NCBI GenBank assembly: GCA_013239625.1
Contig: MU056000.1
Coordinates: 12,227,175-12,291,174, forward strand
Source of the DNA: Lama guanicoe
Lineage: Eukaryota
Length of the DNA: 64,000 nt
Direction of reading: 5' to 3'
Part shown: one piece after another, positions 54,860 through 64,000 of the stretch
Position numbering within the stretch: position 1 is the first letter of the stretch
Layout: every line of letters starts with the position of its first letter
Translations under genes and position numbers: made by a program
Notes under the pieces: generated by a model
The model's database searches: none
Told to the model about the DNA's origin: nothing
Seen by the model: only the letters and a program-made list of their open reading frames with translations

Positions 54860-55350
54860 TGTTCCCGTGCGCTTCCCAACTTGCCAGAGTCCGGCTTCCA
54901 GCTCGCGGAAGTCAGCCCAGCTGAAGGTCCGAGGAAACCATGCGTGTCACGGCGCGACTCCCAGGAACTCGAGCCCCCGGGGCTCCCCCGCTGCCATCTC
55001 CTTCTCCCCTTCTCGTCTTTCGCACCTTTTGTTTGCCCAAACCCAAGTCTCTAACTCATCCGTCCCAACCGCAGCCTTTGTCTCCAATTTCTCCAAGTCC
55101 CTCACTCCTGGACGCAGCGCTCGCGAGCGGAGAACAGCTGGTGGCACATTCTTCCCCCGGGCTGAGGGAGGGCGGCGGGGGGCTGGGGAGCGCGCCCCTC
55201 CTTCTGCGCTCCGGCCGGAGGCGCTCCGGACGGGCAGGGGAACAGCAGCCACAAAGCGAACCCGGAGTTGCTCTCCCCGCGCTAGCGCCGCCGCGGTGAG
55301 GACTCGAGCGCCCGGGCTCAGCCGGCTCACCACCTCACCGAGACTTGCAG
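54860..55350 (-). other. MYO10: MYO10 exon 1 5' UTR (TSS approximate), containing four upstream ATGs
   Basis: GC-rich sequence between the start codon and the GC-box cluster. The TSS is inferred, not observed. Confidence 0.65.
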
Positions 55351-56113
55351 ATCGGAGCGCACGGTCCGGCCCCGCCCACTCGCTCGCCTCGCCCCGCCCC
55401 GCCAAGAGCTGAGCTCCGCCCACTCAGCCGGCCCACCCTGCTCGCCCGCCACGCCCCGCCCCTCCAGGAGCCCAGGCCTCGGCCAACCCCGCTCCGCGCT
55501 TCCGCAGGGTCTAGCCTTGCCCGGCCGGCGCGCCCCGCCCCCATCTACGCCCAGACCCCGCCCTCCGTGAGCCTCTGGCCACGGCAGCCTCCGCGGCAGG
55601 CGGGGAAGGCGGGGTCCAAGCGGTTTCCCCCTCCTTCCCCGCCTCCCCGCCTAGGTGCGGGCGGGGGTGCTGACTCTTCTCTCTGGTGAAAGAGACCAAA
55701 TAGTCACCGAAGAGGAGGGGTTGGGGGACGTTTTTTGTGCCTTTGATCTTTAGCGAACCCTGGAACGGGCTCAACGCGGATCTCATTAATGCAGCTCGGC
55801 AGATGAGCGACCCCGGGGAAGGAAGCGCGGTCCGCGGAGTTGCCCCTGCTCTTGGACCAGATCAAAGCGGAGAACGGAGGCTAATCAGAATTTCTGGAAG
55901 CTGCCTTCCGGTGTGGTGTTTCTCTCCTGCAGTCAGGTTAAAAGACATTTTCATTGCAGCGGGAAAATATAGTTTTGTAAGCAGAGAGGACGTGGCCAAT
56001 TGCACCTTAAAAAATGTAACCCTTTTCCTGGACATAAGGAAGCAGATAGGCAGACGGAAGTGAGATGGATGAAGGATCAAATCCACCTGGTACTGAGTCT
56101 TAGTTTCCTCTAG

Positions 56114-56283
56114 GGCAGGTCTTCAAACTTGAGCGCGCACAGGAATCACCTGGGAATCTGATTAAAATGCAGATTGGAACTGAGTGGGGTGAGCACTGAT
56201 GATATGCAGTTCCAGCAAGCTTCCAGCTGCCCTCAAAGAATGGCACCTGGCCTTGTGCTGTTCTGCCAACTGTTTGGAAACCT
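56114..56283. mobile_element. MER5A-type element
   Basis: Contains tcttcaaacttgagcg...gaatcacctggga...ttaaaatgcagatt...agcaagcttccag. Confidence 0.65.
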
Positions 56284-56489
56284 GTAACAAGTAGAAAAAT
56301 TGAGGACAAAGGTTTACAAACTTTTGTAGCAATGTAAAAATAACACGACATAAAAGCACATGATCGGTGGACTCTTCAAACCGAGTATAAACCAGTTTGG
56401 GTGTTGTCAAACTCCGTAGTGAGTCACACCTGGCACAACAGGGTTCTCCTATTGGTACCTGGCAGATTGGAAACAAAAACGACTGGTTC

Positions 56490-56810
56490 CTCACCACAAA
56501 TGATTTGAGAAGTTCTCTCTAGGGGATTTGCCAACTGCTACTCATCCTTTAAAACTCAAGTGGGAAAGTCACATCTTCCAGGGGAAGCCTGCCCAGAGAT
56601 GCCCAACCACTCAGCCCCCTTCCAGCTCCACCTAACCACACGGTGTGGCTTATTTCTAAGACTACTGAGGAAACTATACCATGTTAAGGGTATTTTTTTA
56701 TTGGTGTCCTACCCATCTTCAGTTGGGAGATTAGAAGCTCCTTAAGAGAGAGGACTGTGCTTTCAAATTTGTATCCCCAGCCTGTCTCAGAGAACGAATG
56801 AATGAAGCAT
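56490..56810 (+). mobile_element. L2 3' end fragment
   Basis: Contains tactcatcctttaaaactcaa...ttagaagctcctt...ttgtatccccagc and ends in a gaatgaatgaa tail. Confidence 0.55.
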
Positions 56811-59147
56811 CCTTCTGTAATCCTTGTGTAAAAATTCAGGCATGTTTGCAACTTATCTCAGAGGAGTTCTTCAGCATTAATATCTTTGTATTCACTCCCC
56901 TTCCCTTTGGAAAGAGTCAAGGTATAAATTAACTCGGGATATTATGCTATGTGATTGCCCTGTTTCACAGGTTCACACATGTAAGCCATTAAAGATTGTG
57001 TCCCAGGTTGCATGGAAAGTTAAGATGGAGCCAGGATAAATAACAACCATCCCAGGCACCAATCAAAGTGCTTAGTCAAATGAGTCCTGCTGCCACCTGT
57101 GTTCAGATACTGGAACAGAGCAATTACAGTCATTATGGTGTTAATCTGTGTAGAACATCACTCCAGAGAAAGTACCAGGCAGCTTGTTCAAGTAAGGGTG
57201 TGGATGTGGCTTGGTTCCCAGCAACAGCCCAGCGACTGATGGACCTGGCCATGTCATTTCAAAGTCACTCTCCAATACTGGCTCATCACTTGTCACAAAT
57301 GTCCCACAGCATTACAACATGTTAATAATAGAAGAAACTGGGACACTTTAACCTCAATTTTCCTGTAAAGCTAACATTGCTCAAAAAAAGAAGTCTATTA
57401 ATATTTTAAAAATCACTTCCCTGTTGATTAAGAAGATATGGTTAATAATTATATACCCCCCAGCTAGAATTGTGAGCCAGATCCAATTCATAAGGGTTGA
57501 CTTTTACTCAATTATATTTCTTTAAAAAGTTTACACCATTTTATCAAAATCCCCTAGGACAGTTGTTAAAAAGGAAAAACAAACAAGCAAAAAACATGAC
57601 TGTATCTCAGGGGTGGGCTTGGTGCCTAAGAATCTGCATTTTAGTAAATACCCAGGTAGACAACTCTGAGTTTGCAGGTAACTGCTTTAGGTTGTCAGAA
57701 TTCATCAGCTTTTCCATATAAATGCACAGCTTTAAAAGGTATAAAGATAAACTGGAGCAGCAAGATTCTATTTGCTGAACAAACAGCAAAATGCAAGATA
57801 TCAACTTTCAAGTATTTGGGGGTGAAATCAGTTGTTTAAAAGGGCTATGTTAAATTTACAAGAACTTTGAGAAAATTGGACAGAGAAGGGGATGTATTTT
57901 AAATCAGTAGATTTCTAAGAATATCCACTTGTTACCATTTTTTTTTTTTAAGTTAAGGGCTTCCTTTCAAGGAGCTGTGTTGCCCCTTGGTCAAAGCTGT
58001 TTGGGCTAAAACATGAAATCCTGCCTTCTGAGAACTGACAGTCAAGAATGTTAATGCCAGATTGGGCACGTTTCTCTGAGGCTAAGTCCCTTCTTAATTA
58101 TCCTCCTTATTTCTCTGACACCATGCTAATAGAGTGTTGCACTTGCAAAATAAAACACCAAAAAAGCTCACGTTACCTTCTCTTCTTTAGCTGCAAAAAT
58201 TAATCCATCAGTGACAAATATATATTTGTAAATAGATGGAACCATTTCCCCACTTAAAGGAGACTTCTGTACATGTATGTGTCAGTTTTTGTTTCCACCA
58301 CATGTTTGTTGGGTTTCGTTGAAATGGGTTGTCTTAATTTCCTTTGTGATTTCAAATTGAGTTTCTTTGCTGTTGTTCTGTTGCCGCGAGGATTTCCTAA
58401 TCTGGATGTGTCTTTATGTACAGAGTCTTTTTCATTACTATGGTTTTCATAAAGTACTCACCTTTAATTGCTCCAGTCCAACTAATGGTTTAATTACTAG
58501 TTACAGAAAGGGAAAGTTCTGGAGTTTCTTTCGCACAAATTAGAAGTTAATAACTGACACAACCTTAAGATCCTGTTTTTCATGCTCAACTAAACAGCAG
58601 TCCCTTTCAGTTCGCTTATAGTCTTGGATGTTTAAAAATTCACATGTTTTTGCCTTTTGAACAAACGAACATTAAGGGACTCCTTTAATGTTGTTTAAAT
58701 TTTTAAACAAGTGTTCGTTTTATTTCTCATAACTGACAATCCAAAAACCCTCAAGGGAGTTGTTTGGTTTTGGTTTTTTTAATGTGAAACTTTAAAACAA
58801 TTGTGAAAGATTTCTTTAGAAGGAATAAAATGGGAGGGGGGAATATCTGAAAATTTCATATTGTAGAATTAAACAGGTACAAAAGAATAAACACAGAAAT
58901 AAAGCAGAGATAAGACTCTCAAAAAACTAACTTGCTAGAAGTCATTTTTCTAAACAAGATGGGCTTCGGCTGAGACATCATTTACCCCATCAGATAGTTC
59001 TCAGTGGATGGTCAATGCCAACTTTGAGCAGGATCGATGCCCTACCACTTCACACACCAGCAGGAATGCTTACTAAATTGATATCCCACACAAACACAGA
59101 GCTGTTTTCATAAATTAATCCATTCTGCTTAAAGGGTCATGTCCTGA

Positions 59148-59511
59148 ATATCATATGATATCACTTATATATGAATCTTAAAAAAAATACAAATTTTATT
59201 TACAAACCAAAACTAGACTCATGGACATAGAAAACAAACTATCATTACCAAAGAGGAAAGGGCAGGGGAGGGATAAATAAAGAGTTTGGGATTAACAGAT
59301 ATAACATTACTATGTATAAAATAGATAAACAGCAAGGACCTACTGTATAGCACAGGGAACTATATTTAATTTCTTGTAATAACATATAGTAAAAAAGAAT
59401 CTGAAAATATGTATATGTATGTATATGTATAACCGAATCACTTTGCTGTACACCTGAAACTAACATTGTAAATCAACTACACTTCGATAAAAAATAAAAT
59501 TAAAAAAAAAA
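59148..59511 (+). mobile_element. Cetartiodactyl-type L1 3' end with A tail
   Basis: Contains atatgatatcacttatat...aaggacctactgtatagcacagggaactata...tgtacacctgaaactaacattgtaaatcaactacacttc, followed by A-rich sequence. Confidence 0.88.
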
Positions 59512-59779
59512 GTGCTGTGTTCTGGTCCTGCTGGGTGTGATAAATAAATGGTATAAAACTCCATGAAACCCTCCATGATAATATATTCTGTCCACTTGGA
59601 GTATGTTTGAAAGTTCCTTTTCTCTCTTGATTGCCTGTTACCTCCATGTTTCCTCTCTTCTATTTCATAGGCGTGGCTCTGAGGCTGACTTTCCAAAATT
59701 TACCCACTCTCCACCTCTGTTCATCACAGAATCTTTACCACTTCCAAACCTTGTGCCTTCACTTATCATCACCCCCAAA

Positions 59780-60660
59780 CTTGTATTTTCAATCCTTCCT
59801 GCTCACATTATCCAAGTCAATAAATGTGATCAAGTCTCTTTCATTTGAAAATGGCTGTTTCTTAACCCAATTGCTCCCTGAACTACTGGGCCATCTCTCT
59901 TCAAATCCTTAGCTTTTCATTGTCTCTACTTCACCCCCAGGCAATTTACTCTTCAACCCCTTAGGATTGAATTTTTGCCCTCTGTCCCATTTTCTTGAAG
60001 ATCGCCGTGACCTCGGAATAATCAAATTGAACAGCCTGTTCTCGAATTCCGTCCTCCTTGACGATGCCCCTCTTTGGAAACTCTCACCTCTTAGCATTGG
60101 GGCCAGCTTCATGGGTGTGCAGCCTGTAGGGCTAGTTGCACAGGGCCCTACGCTCAGAAGGGGCCCTCTGTTTGGTTTAATACTTGGTGTGATGTCTTAA
60201 AATCCTAACGATTTTTGAATCAGGGGCGCTGTTTTTCATTTTGCACTGGGCCCCCAGAATTATGTAGCCAGTCTTACCAAGCTTTCCTAACACTGCGTGT
60301 GGTTTGTTGGCTCATCTCTTTGGCCTCTTTCTCTGTCATTTTTAGAGGCCTCTCTTCTCCCTTCCTCCTCCGGGTGATGGTCCACCCTAAGCATGTGTTC
60401 TCTTCTCCACCTCTTACAGTCTTGTCATTAATTCTCCGTCCATCAACTGCCATCTCTTCATAAATGATTCCCAAACCCAGAACTCAAGCTCGAAGAAGTC
60501 CCAGCCCCCTGTTTCCAACAATCTATTGGATTTCTCCTAGTGAGATTCTTCTTAACCGTTCACGCTCCCAAACTAACCCTTCTTCATTCACCTCATCCAC
60601 TTTTACTAACTTCCCTATATTTATTAATGGAATAATCATAATTCAGTCATCCCGATGAGT
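59780..60660 (+). mobile_element. Diverged L2 interrupted by MER91
   Basis: Pyrimidine-rich L2-like text (aaactctcacctcttagc...aaatgattcccaaa...ttaatggaataatcat) flanks the MER91. Confidence 0.5.
60098..60275 (+). mobile_element. MER91A-like hAT-Tip100 element
   Basis: Contains gggccagcttcatgggtgtgc...cacagggcccta...ttttcattttgcactgggcccc...aattatgtagccagtc. Confidence 0.85.
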
Positions 60661-61180
60661 GGGTATCTGCTACTCAGTGCTGCTCTACATCTTCTGATGA
60701 TCTTACCCACATGCTGAGAGTGTCCTCACATTGGGAATCCCTCCAAGCCAATGGAGAATCCTCAAACTTCCTTTGCTCCAAACACGTGCCTTCAGTTCTA
60801 CCAGTTGGATGCACCCATTCAGGGTTTAACCTGGGGAACAAACTACATGGGGACCCAGGGGAGGATCAAAGTGACCGTGATGACGACACAATTGGAAGCA
60901 GAGGATCGGTTTTTGTGGTCAGCCATGGGGACATCACTCCCAGACTGCCCCAGCGTGGTTCCTAAGTTGGTAGGTGAAGCCACCTCTGACCAGCCAGGCC
61001 TGCTCTGTGCTGTGGTTCTAAGAATTATTTCTGGAAGCTTAGCCTAAAGCTCATGCCTTCAGCCCTTCCAAAGATAAGGCAAGTTTTATGATACTCTTTA
61101 ATAAATCTCCTCTTGCTTAAATTTTCCCAAGTGCGTTTTGTTTTCTGCCACTTGCCAGTACCTTAAGAGGAGTAACACCC
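60660..61180 (+). mobile_element. LTR33-like ERVL LTR
   Basis: Contains tgtggttct...tctggaagcttagccta...cagcccttccaa...tttaataaatctcctcttgcttaaa. Confidence 0.65.
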
Positions 61181-61189
61181 CAAGACTGA

Positions 61190-62370
61190 GGAAAGTGAGG
61201 CCCTGTGCTTGGGGGCACTTTCCTCAAAATGCTTTAAATTCCATTGGGTGCCCAAGACTGGCTGAGGACAGCAGTGCCATCCAGAGAGGCCACCCTGGAC
61301 CCAGATCAGGTCCTACATGGCCTTTGGTCTCTGCCTTTCCCCTTTGGGGTTCTCACTAACCCTCTGCTGTGCACATGGTGTCATCTGGAATCTAGGACTG
61401 GCATTTATCGGGGTCCTCATGGAGCTGATGGCTGGACCTCATTCCCAGGAAGACAGCCTAGATTTTCCTACTGGCCAATACACTGTGTTTTTCACAGGAT
61501 CATGAGTGATTGGGCCCCAGATTGATGCTGACCAGCTGATTTTGCATGACTTTCAATCACCTGGGACGAAGGAGGGCTGCAGAGCTCTTTGCCACCAATA
61601 GTCCCCTGTGACCTTGGGCTCAGCCTGTGCATGGACTCCTGTGTCAGGTCTCATGTATGTTCCAGCTGGCAGCGGTATTGCCTAGGCCTACAGCATCCTT
61701 GGGCGGCTCAGAGGTGGCGGGCGGCGCAGAGGCGGCAGGCGTCTTTGCCCTGTGTGCTTCCCACCCTTGGCACACAGGATGGTCATCATACTTCTTCTTC
61801 TGGCTCTGCTCCTCATGTCAGGCAGCTCTCCTGGGTTAACTGCACGTCCTTGGTTTTCTAGACAGTTGCTCTGCAGTGTCAATCAGCCCTTGTGAGCCAT
61901 GTCCTCGCTTACCTCCAATCAATGTGGTGTCATTATCCTTTTGTGGATGGACCTCAATCTAACCCAGATGAGAAGAGCACATTTCTTGCATGAATGGGAC
62001 CAGTCTTGCATTCCACACATGGCTCCTCCCTTGACCCCTTCATTGGTGGTGGTGTGTGAACAGCAAAGTGCAATCAGCATTGAAATCGATCACATGTTCG
62101 GAATGCCTTGATTGTAGCTCAAAGAGGTCAAGAGAAGGTGGAATTGGTAGATGTGCTGTTCAATGGTGATGCTATAAAATTCTCAGTGGTAAGTTTAACA
62201 AGATCCAAAGGTGAACTCTCCTTCTGATTTTCCTGCATACTCGGGGTTGGATTTGGATTTGTGGCCACCATCCACAAAGCACTGTGACGACCTTTGAAGG
62301 GGTGACTGGCAGCCAATTTCAGACACACCGTGGATGATGTAGTTTCATAAAAGATGCTGCAACAGCATTA
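61190..62370 (-). mobile_element. Degraded class-III (ERVL-like) pol remnant
   Basis: Minus-strand fragments across frameshifts and stops: EVHPQKDNDTTLIG (like LVHYIDDIMLIG), LENQGRAVNPGEL (like LRARGWEINPTKI) and GDYWWQ (like GFWRQ), in the expected order. Confidence 0.4.
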
Positions 62371-63111
62371 AATAAATGACATGAAGAAATGGCGGAGGTC
62401 AGAACTTCTGTATTGTTTTAAAACAACGAGGTTCTGAAGAGCCATGATACCATAAGTAATAAGTTCCCCAACCCTTTTCTTGTGGTGGGAGATAAGAAAT
62501 GAGCCCCAAATGACACATTTGACAACAAGAACATGAGATTTTTCTGGATGTGAACCGGAAGGGCTGGTACCTGAACCCTTGGAAAAATCTTGAAGTTCTC
62601 TCAGTAGAACAAACACTGAAGGGTCCATCATTCTCAATCTTCATGGAGAAGTCACCATAGCTCACATGGGCTCATGAATTTTGTAATACATTTTTTAAAT
62701 CAAGTTTTTTATATATACAGGAGTCCCATACATCCTAAAGGAAAACCACACAAAAAACAGCCTCAGGCTGGTCTACAAAAGAGAAATTTGGGGTTGTGTC
62801 ACAGGGCCAATTCTATACAAACTCTCTAGCAACCTGGCAAGGGCTTGATTTCCACACCTGAAGTCATCACGATTGCTTTTGCTTCTTAAATAAGACAAGA
62901 ATATGTTTGGAATGTTTTCTTCCCCCTAAAGTTTCCATTAAATGTGAGAGCACATCCGCTGAGAGTATTACGAAAAAAATCAGGTAAGTGCAGAAAATTG
63001 TTTATATAAAAATGTCCAGGAGAGAGTTGTTTAGAACAGTTAAAAAGCTGGGCACAGCCTAAGTGCCCCTCAGCGGGAGAGTGGTTGAGTAAATCATGGG
63101 AAATGTGCACC

Positions 63112-63540
63112 GCAGCGCATCTGTTCTGCGTAACAAGCCCCCTAAAACTAAGCGGCTTCGGACGACAACGACGTACTGTTTCTCACAGTCCTGTGGCCCA
63201 ACGGGGCTTGGCTGCTGCTGTCACCTGGGCTCTCGGAGGCAGCTGCAGGCCGAGGGGCACCAGCTGTGACGGGTGATGGGACACGGCCTTCCTCCCGGGG
63301 CAGGAGCCTTGCTGGGGCAGCTGGGACAGCTGGCCGCTCCCTCCTGGGTCTTTCTTCACACCGTGGAGGGCTCAGAATTCCATTCGGGCAAGAACAGAAC
63401 TGCAAGACCTTTTGAGAACTTGCAAAGAAGTCACGTGACCTTGCTTCTTCCATATATTATTGGTCAAAGCCTGACATAAGGCCATCCCAGATTCCAGACT
63501 CTCTTGATGGAAGGAACTGTAGAGCATGTGTGCCCATCAT
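63112..63540 (-). mobile_element. MLT1-type MaLR LTR
   Basis: Contains ctgcgtaacaa...aaaactaagcggctt...tttctcacagtcctgtgg...tattggtcaaagc...cccagattc...tcttgatggaagga. Confidence 0.7.
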
Positions 63541-63695
63541 TTTGGGGGGGGGACCTTCTGTGGGGGGTGGGAGGGTGGGGAGCAGGTAATTAAGTTTGTT
63601 TATTTATGTATTTGTCTTAGCAGAGATACTGGGGATTGAACCCAGGACTTCATGCATGCTAAGCAGGCACTCTACCAATGAGCTATACCCTCCCC
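63541..63695 (-). mobile_element. tRNA-Ala-derived SINE (camelid Vic-type)
   Basis: tactggggattgaacccagga...catgctaagcaggcactctaccaatgagctataccctcccc is the reverse complement of the SINE head. Confidence 0.88.
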
Positions 63696-63699
63696 ACAA

Positions 63700-64000
63700 T
63701 ACACACACCATTTTAAATTATACAGTGTCACTAATACATTCACAGCGTTGTGCAGCCCTCTGTCTAGTTCCAGAATATTTTCATCACCTCAAAAGGAAAC
63801 CTCACAGCCATTAAGCAGTCACTGTGATTCATACCTACCTCCAGCCTCCGGAAGCCACTAACAATTTGCTTTCTGTCTCCAGGGATTTGCTTATTGTGGA
63901 TATTTCATATACATGGAGTCATGCCTATCTTCTATGACTGGCCTCTCAATCAGCATGTTTGCAAGGTCCGTCTGTGTTGTACCCTGGATCAGTACTTCAT
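63700..64000 (-). mobile_element. L1MB-type 3' end (runs off the window)
   Basis: Contains tacattcacagcgttgtgcagcc...ttccagaatattttcatcacc...ggatatttcatatacatggagtcat...tcagtacttcat. Confidence 0.8.

Larger units (their letters stand above)
54280..55900. promoter_or_regulatory. CpG-island promoter of MYO10 with multiple GC boxes (GGGCGG on minus strand, ~55368-55660); no obvious TATA box
   Basis: Very high CpG and GC density relative to the flanks, with repeated cccgccc motifs, spanning exon 1. Confidence 0.9.

Noticed and set aside
54287..55786. Long overlapping ORFs in the CpG island (231 aa +, 153 aa +, 158 aa -)
   Set aside because: Ala/Arg/Pro/Gly-rich frames arise from stop-codon scarcity in GC-rich DNA. 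Most use non-ATG starts and none has a recognisable domain.
5709..56430. Scattered AP-1 TGA(G/C)TCA heptamers
   Set aside because: The handful seen is about what chance predicts in 64 kb, and they are not clustered.

Overview
Mammalian genomic DNA, probably camelid judging by the tRNA-Ala-derived SINEs. It holds the 5' end of MYO10 (myosin X) on the minus strand: a CpG-island promoter with exon 1 (~54.3-55.9 kb; coding MDNFFPE at 54859-54839), a 45,203-bp intron 1, the 99-bp exon 2 (9635-9537) and the start of intron 2 running off the left edge. About 8 kb of repeat-rich sequence lies upstream of the promoter. Intron 1 carries an antisense, full-length RPL32 retrocopy with target-site duplications (TSDs) and an open but heavily substituted ORF. 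The rest is L1 3' ends, MIR/L2, MER5/20/33/91, MLT1/LTR33, a degraded ERVL-like pol, SINEs and tandem repeats. Repeat family names come from recalled consensus sequences, not a search. I found no clearly novel multi-gene system. The best leads are four uORFs plus a possible N-terminal extension in the MYO10 leader, a bipartite CTCF site, a perfect RFX X-box, a candidate poison exon, a polyadenylated LTR-end retrocopy and a 50/51-bp minisatellite.
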